Shown: positions 11,416 to 24,748 of the stretch, in pieces | Position numbering within the stretch: position 1 is the first letter of the stretch | Layout of the letters: every line of letters begins with the position of its first letter | Origin: Bigelowiella natans CCMP2755 | Lineage: Eukaryota > Protista > Cercozoa | DNA: 64,000 nt | NCBI GenBank assembly: GCA_000320545.1 | Contig: ADNK01000427.1 | Span: 240,264 to 304,263 of the forward strand | Reading direction: 5' to 3' | The notes under the pieces: generated by a model | What the model saw: only the letters and a program-made list of their open reading frames with translations | What the model was told of the DNA's origin: nothing | Database searches by the model: none | Made by a program: the position numbers and the translations under genes

Positions 11416-12063
11416 ATGAGGCTCCCGTTTGGGAAGAAGAAGGTCAGGGCGCTCTTCGCTTTAGTAATCACCCTTGCTTTTGGGGGCATTGCTGCTGTCA
11501 GTATCCTGCGCTCTGATGCCGCACCTTCGCCACATTCGGCGGGGAATCAGGAGGAAGGCAGATCTGAATTCACCGGCAGTACTCCGGAAGAAGCAACGAA
11601 GACCTGCCTGACAGTTAACAAGGGGATTTTCATCGAGACATGGATGTCGGGTGTTGGTAAAGACGAGATGATGGCCACATTCTTCTATGCAAATGATGGT
11701 TTAGGGAATTACTGGAGCGTTAGCGAGGACGGAGCTGTGGAAAAATATGTCGAATACGGCACCCTGAAACTTTTCCCTGATGTCCAAGCCAGTAAATTTG
11801 GCCCTGGGAAGCATTGTTTAGGAATTGCGAGCGGTAAAGGGACTTTCGACAACGGGCGCTCTTGGAGAGAGTACAAGGGAACCACGTACTGGAACAGTGC
11901 AGACATGAAGACGATTTATTTTGTTCCTATCTACATTCCAAATACATTTTATACTACCACCAGAGTTGCAGGACCCCATTGTAAAGAAGTACATTCGAAA
12001 TTAGAGAATGCTTTCAAAGAGCTTGGCATGACCATGAGCTTGGACCCCTCTTTGTGCCACTGA
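11416..12063 (+). CDS. Signal-anchored hypothetical protein, possible lipocalin-like beta-barrel (uninterrupted 215-aa ORF)
   Basis: Uninterrupted 215-aa ORF; basic N-terminus + hydrophobic ALFALVITLAFGGIAAVSIL; beta-strand-like Gly/aromatic core, 4 Cys, C-terminal helix EVHSKLENAFKELGM and terminal Cys. Confidence 0.7.
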   Translation: MRLPFGKKKVRALFALVITLAFGGIAAVSILRSDAAPSPHSAGNQEEGRSEFTGSTPEEATKTCLTVNKGIFIETWMSGVGKDEMMATFFYANDGLGNYWSVSEDGAVEKYVEYGTLKLFPDVQASKFGPGKHCLGIASGKGTFDNGRSWREYKGTTYWNSADMKTIYFVPIYIPNTFYTTTRVAGPHCKEVHSKLENAFKELGMTMSLDPSLCH

Positions 12064-12695
12064 TCAATGAGGGGAGGAGCTAACAAGCTTCGTGCATCAG
12101 CGCTGTAGCCGCAGCTTTGCAAAGCTACATTGGGATGGCAATTAGGAAAAAATCACATTCATAACATCCATCTCGCATTGTTTGTTCGGCAATGGAGGGT
12201 GAAGTTGTTGGAGATTTGTCACAAAGTTGCCACACACAGGATTCAATGAAAGGAAAAATGACAAGAATCCAAGATGGACAAACTTGGGCGAAAGCATGCA
12301 TGATATATATTGATCACTTTCTACCTCACTCAAACCACACTAGTGCATCAACTACGATCATTTGTGTGCACTCATGTGGCTTGTAGATGGTGTTCGTCTA
12401 ACAGCTTCGTCGCATGACGTAAAATTGCGCGCGATGTGAATGCACGTAGCCCAAGCGAGCAACTGTTGATCAAGTTGAATGCAAATCGCGAAAAAAATTG
12501 CAAGTGTCATTGTCCATGCTAGCAACCACTGGAAATCTCAAGCAAGAGCTTCCACCCACGACTGCTGTATGGATGCATGCAAATGATGCTGAGGCGCACG
12601 ATGTAGACAATGGCGACACTGCGCTCTGGTGTGGTGGAAGGAGGAGATTGTGATCGTAGAGATCTTTGATAGTAACAACGCACATGAGTGGCTCT

Positions 12696-14961
12696 TTAAT
12701 CTAATCCAAATCCTGCCTCCACCCATTTTAGGTTTACTTCCCTTTCTGCTCCAGACGTTGCCCAAACTGTAGCTCCGAGGGCCCACTGATACGACATGTG
12801 GTGAGAACAGTATATAGGTATGCTCAACCTTCCTCTCCTACTAGAAATTCTCTTCGTCTTTTCTCTCGTAGTTTCATTCAGAAAATCACCTCAAGTTTTG
12901 TACGGTCTATTGTGCTGGTCGGAATCAACTTCAGCGTCCCCATATTCTCTCCAGCTAAGATTGTTAAAATGTTATTTCTTTACAATGAAAATGGAGGCAT
13001 TGCCGTACCTATCGCGTCAAAACCCAAGACGGCTTCAATAACCTGGAAAATGTTCCACATTCAATCAATCCATCGCCTTAAGCTTTAATATCGAACCATA
13101 CCTCTAAGATGTAAGCTCCGGCAAAGCAATTTCTCTTGAGCCTTCTAGCTAGAATGCCTTGATAGAAGTTCACAGCGTCTTTGATATTCATTTCACAGAA
13201 TCTGAAACCGAATGGAATTGGTCGACGACATCTAATGATTGATTTTTGCAAGAAATCAGTTCACGGTTACCTGTTAACGTTTTCAATAAATCGGTTGATT
13301 TCACTTTGACCAATTGCTTTGCCATTCCACGGGGTGTCATTAGAGCTGTCGGACGCCTTGTCCCATGGATGCTTTTTTCCAAGGAAGAAGCGAAAAACAT
13401 GCTGAAAGTTCTCCGTCGCATATACGATGAGATCCATAGGCTCTTTGCTTCGCACTTGTTCCACTTCCAGAGACACTTGACATTTTTTCAAAAAGCTGAC
13501 TTCAGAAATTGAGCCTGTTAGTTCTTTTTCGATCTCCTCAGAGCATTTGCTCAGATTGTCATTATTTATGTCCGATTCTTCATCCTCATCGTGGCATGGC
13601 GATGCTATATTCTTCATTTCCATATTCTTAAGAAACTTTTTCTGCAAGAGACAAGAGATTTACAAGACATCACTACCATTGTGTCTTATTGCTTGTCAAA
13701 CTGCAATTTACCTGTGCCGCTCTCATACCAAAACCTAAGTAACTTTTTGCATATAACACCTAATACGCGAAAGAGTGAAGCAGTCACTACTATACAAATA
13801 CGCTTAAAATAGTGCTGCAAACATACCACTGAATTCTCATTTCCTGTCTCGATACGCATGAAATCGTTTTTTTTCTCGAGATTTTCCCTGGCCCCAGAGC
13901 ATTGCGAAGGTATTGAAATTGCAACCTAAGAGAGCTACTTGAGATTTTCCAGAAAAATTAATCAGATGAGTCTTACAACCTGCATTGATGCCCCCCCCAT
14001 TTCCAATATTCCCGTTGATGTCATTCGTTGCATTTGCGGTTGACGATGATGCTTTCCACCCGGCGCAAAATGGCAGGTATCATCATCAGGAGACTCGCGT
14101 GTTTCATCACTTGTAATCTTACAAGCTGTATTCGACGATGTTTGTTGCACTGGTGGCCAGTCACCATGAAGGTATGTTGCTGCAATCCAAGCAAGTTTGG
14201 CCTAGCAAAACGTAACTCGTGGTTTCTTTCATTTACACACAACATGACGTTATCTTATACCTCTTCGGCACCAGAGATGACGCGAGCCATGGAATCTCTA
14301 AAGAGTAGCGACGAATCCTGTAGCTTATTTCGACATGTGGACAAAATATTCTCTGCCTGACATACATCATACAGTTGGTTGACCCTTTTATGGTGGACAT
14401 TCGAGTAATCATCATCACTACTTGTTCGTCGCTGATCAGCCTCATTCCAGCGGTAGCCCAAAACAATATCGGAGTTTCTAAGCGGTAGTAGAATTTCTGC
14501 TTCAACATTTGCAACTTCATTTGAAAAATCCACCGCCAACATCTTCATCGCCGCCGCCGCCACCACGATCACCACAACCACCATAATTACATACTCGATC
14601 GTTGATGCTCCGGAACTAGAGCCTCCGAGAATGAAATGACCGTTTCAAGGTACTGCTCTAAAGCACCATTATTTTGAGAATCTACGAATGTATGAAGTCC
14701 TGGCGAAGTCCAGTTTGTGCCAATCTATTCACACATACAGTCAAACTTAATGCTCCGCTATCTACCGCAACACGTGCTGTGCGAAACCACCTCTTGCCAT
14801 GAGGGAAGCTTCTGATGAAGATGCTCCCCAAATGAAAATACATGGGCTCTAGTGCCTGTGCTTCCCGCATCAACGACCACGACATATCGCTGCAATTGCC
14901 CCCCTTCCACTTGCAGTGGAGAAAGAAGCAAGCTGCAGAATACCATGGCGGCGGCGAGCAT
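12696..14961 (-). CDS. GDA1/CD39 family nucleoside phosphatase (apyrase/NTPDase), multi-exon; may have a further 5' exon to ~15160
   Basis: All five apyrase conserved regions in order: VVVDAGSTGTR, ATAGMRL, VISGAEE..AWIAA, GILEMGGASMQ, WALGA; N-terminal hydrophobic segment; stop TAA at 12696-12698. Confidence 0.9.
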
Positions 14962-15595
14962 GTCGAAGCTGTAACTAAAATATCAGCTGACTCCTGGAGT
15001 TGTTGTGTCTTTTTGTCGCAGCCTATATTTCAAGGGCCTTTTCTCATTTCTGGGACTTATACTCCTTGTCGCAGGTCATATTTGCAAGAAGGATTGCGCA
15101 TTTTCGTCCTTTGCTTCTTCTCTTCACCCGAAGCCGAAGAAAATCGTTCTCGTTGCATGTCAGGAGAGGAGGAGGAGGAGGTCAGAGCTGCTGAGGTCAC
15201 TTGATCGAACCGACAGCTCAAAACAAAATTCCTAACAACAGGTGAGTCACGACCATGCGACGTGATCTGCAGTTGGCCATGAATGAGGTGGCGGTTTGTG
15301 CTTGGCAACGAATGGCAATGTGAACCCATCGTGTAGCAGTGCTGCGACGAGCAATGACGAGCCTGAAACAAAAAAGCGTACACGGTGGCTCATTTTAGAA
15401 TGTCTGTTATCTGTCTCATTCAGGCAGGCGCACAGTGGATGTTGCGCGTGTAATCTGATCTACACTAGTGCACATGTCACATCAATGTAGCTCCAGCATG
15501 CATGAAATTGCATTATCATTCTGGTGAAGACGTGCTTGTGATAATATGTGAGATAGCAGTCTTGCGGCATGTGGCAAGCGGCGTATCAACGACAT

Positions 15596-16823
15596 CTAGC
15601 GACGACCATACTGTTGCCCTCTTCGTTGATCCTCATCGAATATCTGTGTGATAGCCCGACTCAGGATGTCTCGATCTACTAAATAAGAAGAGGCGCCAGG
15701 ATCCGAAGGCGGGAAGAGAGCGTTGGCGATGTTGCCAGTTGTTGGTGAATCAAATGTATAGTCACAAACTATCTGGGTTAAGTGTCCATGTAGTCCGCAG
15801 AAACGAATGACCCGCTGAGCCATAACTCTGGAAAAAGACGATGATAAGTGTAACTTAAAGGTAAAATCTTTTCTTGAATTATTACCCTTGGACGACAATT
15901 TGAAGAGAAGACATGCCTGGAGAGGTCGAGGAAGAAGAGGATTTCTTTTCATCAAAGCCGCATTGTTCCTCTATTGAAGGGTATGTTATTCCAAATAGAT
16001 CCGCTCGTGCCCCGGATACTTGGGAAAAAAAAATAGCCAGAAAATATATGCTCGTCATGTCGTACGCTCTCTGCAGCGATAGCTAAAAACGGATTCTGAT
16101 TGCTCTGACGTTCAATGCAAAAAGGAAGTCGGGGGGAGGTGATTACCTATTAACGGTAGCACAACTTCTATATTTCCAAAGAACGCTGAGAGCATCAGTG
16201 GAAGATCGATCAGACGGACAAGAAGTGCAACCATATGACACAATGTGACTAGAAGGGAGTGGCAAGCATCTCCTACCTGCTCCTGTGACAGGTGGATTAC
16301 CCCATTTATCAACGCTGTTTGGGTCGGCCTGGAAACACAGACACACACGCACGCACGCACGCACACACACACGCGAACGCACATAGATCATGATACTACT
16401 GGTCATTATATAAATTCCAAGACTGAAGAGGGTGTTGGAGTATGTTATATCTAGCTTGATCCCCCTCACAATGATCAAAATGTAGAGATCCCTGCTCAAA
16501 GCAGCTTCTCTTTGGCAAAATGCTATCACCCCGTGTTTAAGAAGCAGCTGCAGCACGTCGAGTTGGTTGGAGATTGCCGCGAGATGTAGCGGAGATGCGC
16601 GGAGATGGTCCCGGATATTGACGTCGGCTAGACTCTCGATCAGGAAGCTTAGAGTAGGTGTGGGGAGGGAGGTAAACAGTGAGGAACGCAGGGAAGAATG
16701 GCGAGCATTATCCAGGTGTATGGTAGTCGACGACAAGCATTGAGGAAGTAGTGAAGAAGCTGATGGGAGTCAGCTCTTACATAGATGAAGAAGAAATGGA
16801 GAAGGAAGAAGAAGGAAAGGAAA

Positions 16824-16861
<38 letters not shown>

Positions 16862-17179
16862 GAGGCCATCTTTATGTTGAAGACTCTGTTCTCTGTACAT
16901 TTTTTGATGATGGACAAAACGGAGTGGCTATCCTCGTCGTTGTCGTCAAACTTCTACTTCTATGTACCGTGCAACATCCACCTGGCCGCTTTCCGCCGCG
17001 GCATGCAAAGGTGCTCTAAAGTTGTTGTACTCACTCCTACAGACAAAACACAGAACAGATAGAGAGAGAGGGGGGGGTGGGGGGGGAGGGAGAATACTGA
17101 AGTCGCATGCTTCAACATTCAATTCTTTCGTTCCCCTCTCCTCCTGCTCCTCCTCCTCCTCTCTCCCCCTCTGTATTGT

Positions 17180-17210
<31 letters not shown>

Positions 17211-17925
17211 AACCTGACATTGACGGACATGATCATCCCGTACTGTAAGCGGCGGATGCCGTTGATATTGCCTTCTGCCGCATATCTAAACGTGTAAATA
17301 TATTACAATTAGGAAGATGAGGACGGGGCTGGGTACGGCGGCAGAGCAATACATGAAAGTAACCCTCCTCCTGTCCGCTACTTGCTGCATGTAACGATGA
17401 TGAACCTCATCTCCTTCTAATTCCATGCGTCCATACAAACAGCAGCAATATATCCACGCACCTCAGCAACGAAGACCCATATCTGACTTGAAACGACAGA
17501 GGAGATATTTCCCGCGCATACTCCAGAACTTGAGGGTGATGATGATGAAGAACACAAACATCAAAATTACGAGGGGACAGCCACAAGGGGTGGGGGCAGG
17601 AACTGCATAAGGGGAAAACGACTGGAGATATTGACACCGTGACTAAGCAAGGAAATATCAAGCAACCAATCTCACCCCCGCCCCCCGACATACGTCAATT
17701 GTATTACTTAGACGAACGCACACAGGGTAGAGCATCCCGCACGCATCCATGATGACGACTTCCGCGGAGTCGTAAGTCTGATCCAAGCCCGCCTCCTTTT
17801 TCGCAAATATATTCGTCACGTTGTTGGCATCGTTATAGTAGCAGCAACAAATAGCAGTGGGAGAGTCAGCCGGTAGAAGCTCTAACGACCCACAGACAGC
17901 ACACACATACAAAGTATATAAATAG

Positions 17926-17962
<37 letters not shown>

Positions 17963-18290
17963 CCGGATCTTCCTCCTCCTCCTCCTCCTCCTCCTTCTCC
18001 TCCTCCTCCTTCTCCTCCTCCTCCTCTTCCACCTGACCTCCCATACCATCCGTTCTTCGCTGGCTCTGTGCATCTTCTTTCTTTTCCTCCTCATCCTTCT
18101 CCCTGTTTTCATCATCTTGCGTTGAAAGCACGCTGATCAATCACCAAATCATCACCAAATCATCACCAAATCATCGTCAAATCATTATCATCATCATCAT
18201 CATCATCATCATCATTATTATCTTTGCTCAACCAAATTTCCGCGTTTTGAAAGCAGAAAGGGGACACGTACAAGCATTCGATAGGTAGCA
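15596..18290 (-). CDS. Ankyrin-repeat protein with acidic N-terminus (multi-exon; start approximate)
   Basis: Spliced repeats YAAEGNINGIRRL...RAPLHAAAESGQVDVARFLIESLADVNIRDHLRASPLHLAAISNQLDVLQLLLKHGADPNSVDKWGNPP; terminal exon within ORF 15596-15955. Confidence 0.8.
18139..18183. repeat. 11-bp tandem repeat (ATCACCAAATC) x4, last copy diverged
   Basis: Directly visible, adjacent to a (CAT)n tract. Confidence 0.85.
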
Positions 18291-18379
18291 TAATCTGCTA
18301 CGCTAGAAAACTGAAAGGAAGGAGAAGAGAACGAGCCAATAGTGACTTCATCTCGAAGACAGTTACTATCATTCATTAT

Positions 18380-20462
18380 TCAGTACTTTTCTGTAATACT
18401 TGTTGCATTATATGCGTGGTAACCTATGAGCGCTGAGTCCTCTAGAGAGGGTGGGTAGGGAGGGGGTGGGAGCGGCGTCAGGCACGAGCTGTTGATGATG
18501 GAATCGCTTTTTTGATTCTTCAAGTTGTTCGTCCTCAGGAAAAGACGATAATGTTGATGATAATGATTGTAATGATGCAGCAGCTCGTGATTCCTGTTTT
18601 CGATCTTTTCGTATGCATACAGACGGTCAGACATGGTACAAGACAGATTCATACACATACACACACACACACACACAGCTAATATATCATAAACAAGCGA
18701 TACCCACAAACCAACACATCCACCAACGTCCTTCTGAGAACGTACTACAGACGCTAACTTAAGTGCTTAATTTGGCTTTCCCGCGCAAGACCTGTTTCCT
18801 CCCACAATAGCCTATTCTTCGAGGTTGACTCCGCTGACTCCACCTTCCCCTCCCCCCCTTCTTCCACGTCGATGCGGTTGTAGATGCCAGCCAAGATGCC
18901 ACGGAGGGAGATCGACCATGAACCCTACAAGGATAGGTTAGTGAAGAATTGAGTCGCATCAGTAGAATGACCTATCAATCAAAATCAAGCTGATTCAATT
19001 TAGCATGATGATAGATAATGATGCTATTAAGCGGTGGGTAGACTCGCGAGCATTGTACATCATTGGAACACGACGGTACGACGATGAATAAATAAATAAT
19101 ACCGAATAAGACGGAGGCTTTAACGGCTGTGCCCCTTTCTTGCCTTTTGAAGATTTAAGAACCACTGAACGAATTATCGCGGAGCTGAGTTCTCGTGATG
19201 AAAATATAGACATTTATGGAAAGTTTTTGGTCCTCCTCTTTCTCTTTTCCTTCTTCTTTCTAAAATAACAACAATCTTCCTCCTCATCATCGTCATGATC
19301 TAGCCCGCACCTTGTCTAACACGCCGAGGAACCGACGTTACAGAGCCAATGTCGACTGCTCTCATATAATCCGCTAATCTCTCAGCCAGCGCGTCCTTCC
19401 GACCCTGTGCAATATAAACACGTATATTATGTCGGTATCTCGAAGAATTCAAGGCCTTATTCGATAGGATTCACCTTGGATTTGAGTCCTATTGCTTTCG
19501 TAGCGTGCCGGAGCGCCTTGGAAGACCATTTTGAGAAGGGAGGCGTTGCCTAAAACAGAATTTAATGTAGCTTGGTCAGCTCTTACACATTAGTAGTTCT
19601 TCGATGTGGGTGAACGATATCAGACCTTCCGAAATTCTTCTTTCGTAAGTCCGCGCGATTCATTGCCTTTTTCCGACTTCAAATCATCCCCTCTTTGCAC
19701 ATCTTGCAGCTTTTCTGGGTGGTAGCGATTTTTCGGCCTAGGCCCCTTCTTTCGTGGAGAGACAGACCTTCGCCTGTGAACGTGCAAACAAAGTCGCAGC
19801 AAGGCACCATCGTCGTGAGACGTGTGGGTGGGACATAATCAGCGACTCATGCACGACGCGCATAGATCCTCCATCCCCTACGCAAATATACTGCCTAAAA
19901 GCAAACGTACAAACATACCCTCGTAGTCCTCCTTTACGAGGCATTCCTCCCCCTCTTACTGCCGACCGACGAGCCCGGCGAAGAACGAATCTCCGTTCGA
20001 GCTTTCGTGTTTGCGACAAGAATTTGACGGTGTCTCATCGTATAAAATCCCCTGGTTTTTGATCGATTTACAGGCAATACCGGCATCTGGCGCTTCTCAT
20101 CGAATAGCCGAACCGAGACGAGAACGCCCCCACCCCCCATTCTCCTCCTTCTCAGCACAACTATGGGGAAATCAAGGTACGTCGTTCTCGCGCCATTATT
20201 CGGTGGTATTAGGGGTATCAGATAAGAAAGGGCGCCCATGCTTTGTTAAGAGCGGGTTCGATGATGCATGCGGAGTTGTGCAAACGGCGTCTCTCGCGTG
20301 AATGTCATGCACAGTTTCGCTCTTAGGCGGAGGCGGAAGAAGAGCACCAAGATGACGGTAGAGGTGGACGATGGACAAGCTAATGGAGCTCAACATGAAG
20401 ATGATATGAAAGTGGAAAGGTAGGAGTGTATTGAAAGACCTACTCTTGTTAGTTCGACCCAT
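18380..20462 (-). CDS. Hypothetical protein with SAP DNA-binding motif and hydrophobic/basic N-terminal leader (3' end uncertain)
   Basis: Spliced SKWSSKALRHATKAIGLKSK|GRKDALAERLADYM (19550-19350) fits the SAP consensus L..L...GL...G.K..L..RL; N-terminal MGRTNKSRSFNTLLPFHFHIIFMLSSISLSIVHL followed by Ser/Arg-rich exons. Confidence 0.55.
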
Positions 20463-20644
20463 ACCCGAACACTCACTCCGTCTGTGCACGCGCAGCTCCG
20501 GTTTCAATGCACACGCTCTAGCGTTAGGGCTAAATAAGGAGTCCACGTCCCTTTCTCGAGGGAAACTCATCCAAAGACATAAACTAGAGTATAAGCTGCT
20601 CAGGTATGCGCGTCGTCGTCGTTAATGGGTGAAGGAACGGTGCA

Positions 20645-21197
20645 ATGAGCTTTTTTGATTGTCAGGAAAGAGGTCTCCGATCTTCGGAAGCAAAGGATGA
20701 AATTTCACGTAACAAGATTCCTTCATTTTCCACTTTTTCCCTTACCTCCTTAACTACAATGGATGGTGGGGAGAGAAACACGTGTGCATCATCGCATCCT
20801 CCCTCGGCCCACATCATATATCATCACCACCGTCTCGCAATCTACTATCTCAGAAAAAGAAGGCATCTCAGCAAGATAGGCGAAAAGAACTTACAAAAGT
20901 AGGCAATTGAGGAGATTAGAAGACAACAGATGTTAATAGTTTTGATCCCAAAGTCACTTAAAATGGAGATTGCATTACCGAGTTTCTATGTTAACATAAT
21001 GGTCAGCGAATAAAGCAAATTCAAAAGGAATTCGAGGACAGATGCAAGGAGGAGCTTGAAGAGGTGACAAAATAACGGTGTTAACAATTCTACCGATTAG
21101 GTGTGTAGTCAAAAAGCATGGACAGATGATATAACTTACCGATGTGCTGCTGTTGCGAATATATCAGTACGATGCCAAAATCCTGAAGGGCGGTGAT
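20645..21197 (+). CDS. Small hypothetical coiled-coil protein (tentative exon chain)
   Basis: In-frame GT-AG joined segments ...SQKKKASQQDRRKELTK|RIKQIQKEFEDRCKEELEE|VCSQKAW...; no recognisable homology, start uncertain. Confidence 0.35.
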
Positions 21198-21400
21198 GAA
21201 AAGGAAGTAAAAGCTGATCACGACGATGACCAGAAAATGATGGATAATACCACAGCTAAGTGAATCTTCCACGAGACCACAGTGTTAGTCCTACAATTTA
21301 ATTACCATGTAGCAATGAATTACAATCTTGAAGGAACAAGTATAGCTGATGTGAGCGTTGCGATGCATGTCTAGTTTTGTAGGTCGTCCCTAATAACAAC

Positions 21401-21441
<41 letters not shown>

Positions 21442-23264
21442 AATGTGGCATTTGTATGAAATCAATAATTGTCCCACCCCGCACTGTGGATCTGAATGAA
21501 CACACAAGCTGCGACAAATAAGTCTAAAATTGCTATGTTAGCATGGGCATGCTTCACACACTTGCTTAACCATTACGATGGAGCATAAAGCTATGCTGCA
21601 TTGTCATCTGTACCCACTCGCGAATTGAATGCAAGCTCATGCAATGCGTGTATTGCATGTACGGATTCTAGTGAAACAAGCAGTGGTGTGATCTCGATGC
21701 CACATCTGCAGGGACTTCTGCACAGCGCTAAATTGCAATTGAAAGCCCCATTTGATCCTAGCAACGAACGGATCTAGAAACGTCATGTATAAATATAACA
21801 GACATGACATAGTTTGCACACAAGCAGGGCTTCAAATTGAAGCTTCGATATAAAAATTGCGTATTGCACGCGCACGATAGATTTACATTGCATCCCCTTT
21901 TAGCATTGTTTGACAAAGTAGCTGTTCCGTTCGCCATGCATGTCTACAATTGCGTACGTTCATTTGCGTTGGCCACATGTGGACGCGAACAGTCTGGCTA
22001 GTAATGCGCTGGAATATGCAAATTGGCATATGTGCATAATACTATGTACACACGTAACTGCTTATATTGAAGTATCACTTGCCTTCGCGTAAGCTTTTTT
22101 AGCGCATGCATGTAGATAGTCTTTCAATCCCGCAATTACACATACACCAAATAAGTGTTCTGCTCAGATGTTTTATGTATGAGGCGATAGATGTGATGAA
22201 GTAACTAAACCTTTTCAATAGTCATCCTAACGTAGCTGTGCGCAATACAGTCGCATAAAGGTTATATTCGTGTATGCGGCGTGCATAAGGCATATACGAT
22301 ATATGTGTGCTAGGCTATAGGTACACCAATGGAGCCATAAAGCGGCTATAATGCAAAACAGTGGGTATAGCGCTTATTATATGTATTACGCATGCTATAT
22401 TGCTTAGATCTTTGCCTCCACATTAAGCATAAAGGATCTATAGCATATATAGCCTGATATTTATGGCTACATTTGTGCCGTCGTGCATGCTAGCATATAT
22501 GCGCGTACATGAACTAATATGGAGTATAATTATATATGAAGCACCCGCGATAAATATATGTGGGAAACACAAAGTACTCAAATACTAGAGCTTTTATAGG
22601 CTATATTTATATTCTGTCGTCCATGTCGCGCAGCAGAATGTGTCGCGTTTCGTGCTTATTATTCTTCTTCGGCTGCAATCAGTCGTTACGTCTGGGCAAT
22701 TCGATTCATGGGGGCATTTAATTGGTTTCGTCGTATTCTGAGCTAGTAGCGACACTGTTGGTGTTATTCGTATGCTTCGCATTGAAATAGGTGATCCATG
22801 TCTTTCACGACATCACACATGCTACATGTTCTCTTCACATTGTTCAAGGGATAGCATGACACTTCCAAGATTGCTTCACCCACATATGGGACACATCTAT
22901 CTCATAGCAGCATTTGGTATTGTTAATCTGCGATACCTGTAACAAGATAATAGACATGTAATAGACATGTAATACCATATATATAATATATATATGCTAT
23001 CTATTACTGTGTCTACAATTAAGAGATGCTAGACCAGCGTTATGTGTCTGTATTAGAGAAGATGGAAGAAAACCAAGATGTTTCAACTGCACAGCTCTTT
23101 TTTAATTATTATCGCCGGTTGCTTTCTGCCAATCATTGCTATGTAGCATGCAGGCGTACTGCTGTCCGTGGGACGCCATATCCACGCTGCATGTCATATG
23201 TAAAAATGTTGTAACATTATCACGCATCATTTCTGATGAATATAATATATTATATTAATCTTCA

Positions 23265-23966
23265 TTAACTTTGAGCTTTGGGCACTATCTTCATCTCATT
23301 ACCGTCAGAACATTTTACTTCAGAATTTGATGCTTTAGAGTTTAATGACTCAGCCCGAGTATAGAATGCTCCAAAAATTGTTGCTAACATAAGCAGGACG
23401 GAGATGAGCCAAACAGGAATAGAAATGATGGCAAGATTGAGTTCTTCCTCCATTCTTTCCTTTGTTTCTTCATAACTCGGCGTAGTTCCATTTACACCTC
23501 CATCTATAAACAATTTTTTCTTGCAATCCAAAACAATTTCTTGAACAACTACGATATTAACGGCTATTGTGACCAATGAATATATAGCAAAAGTAAAATC
23601 CATGATGAGAATGCAGATATAAAATCGCCATCTTCTTGTGACATCTGTGGCAGTCTCAACCGTGTCTTTCCTTAACTTAGATTGGTAAGCTACTGAAATA
23701 CAAAGTACTGCTATTGTACACACGAAAAGAGACCCAAAGCCGAATTGAACCAGTGAATAGTAAACACTCCAATAATTCTTAAATTTGCCACACTGGTACA
23801 GCTCTACGTAGTAGTCAGGGTTTGGAATCGAGAAGCCGGAAGCAAGAATTAATCCAATGATAATCCCACCCAACTCGAAATTCTTCATCCAGGCTTGCCG
23901 GGGAACAAGAATGATTGCATCATAAAGATATTTGAAGAACTGCTGTTGACACCAGCGGCAGCACAT
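23265..23966 (-). CDS. Intronless ~4-TM hypothetical membrane protein (233 aa)
   Basis: Uninterrupted ORF with four hydrophobic spans (LGGIIIGLILASGF; LVQFGFGSLFVCTIAVLCISVAY; FYICILIMDFTFAIYSLVTIAVNIVVV; LAIISIPVWLISVLLMLATIFGAFY) and Cys in the loops. Confidence 0.7.
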   Translation of the reverse strand: MCCRWCQQQFFKYLYDAIILVPRQAWMKNFELGGIIIGLILASGFSIPNPDYYVELYQCGKFKNYWSVYYSLVQFGFGSLFVCTIAVLCISVAYQSKLRKDTVETATDVTRRWRFYICILIMDFTFAIYSLVTIAVNIVVVQEIVLDCKKKLFIDGGVNGTTPSYEETKERMEEELNLAIISIPVWLISVLLMLATIFGAFYTRAESLNSKASNSEVKCSDGNEMKIVPKAQS

Positions 23967-24694
23967 TACTCAACTCGGTTTGAAATATTCAGCCAAGTGC
24001 CGATGGACCGGGGGGGCGGTGGAGGATTGTTGGCGGCGGGGATCGGTAAGGGTGGCAGGAACTATAACCTATAGTCCCGTGCTGAGGATGGGGGGGGGGA
24101 GAGCATCTGAGGGATTTGAGTATTCGCGACGGTTACGAGGCGAGTTGTGCATTGACACGGTTTGGGCTACCGCTTGGACCGAATAAGGGCATTTTTGTGT
24201 TAAGACAGCTTATTTTTGTTGTCGCAAGAACCAGATCGGGAAGAGAGAACGGAACGCTCTCCTAGAACGCTTGCTCTCGGAAGCACATCGGGAATGGTTG
24301 TGCATGCTGCAGGTGGAGGCCGGCCGACCCAACCCACACGCCTTGATGTTATGATTGTGATGTGTTGGTGTGGATACGAGCAGGCGAATGGTCTCATCCC
24401 CTTGTGTTGTTCCTGATAGTGCTCGGTAGTGCCAGCTCAATAATGGTTTCGATGCCGATAGCGCCTGATTTGAAACGATTTGTCTTTGGTAATGAGTGCT
24501 GGTGGATGTGGTGGGAGTGGTCTGGGTTGCATCTCTCCACACTGCAGAAAACTATGATCCCGGAGTAGGTGAGATCATCGCCACCAGCCGCTTGTAGACC
24601 TCCTGGTCTGACTAATATATTTTATTTTTTGAATACAACCCGCAGATCCATTTCGTGCAGTCTCTTTCGCCTAATATGGGGGATTTCCTGATAG

Positions 24695-24748
<54 letters not shown>

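Noticed and set aside
21737-21839. 13-bp imperfect inverted repeat (CAATTGAAAGCCC / GGGCTTCAAATTG) as a second MITE
   Set aside because: No convincing TSD or subterminal structure; could be chance.
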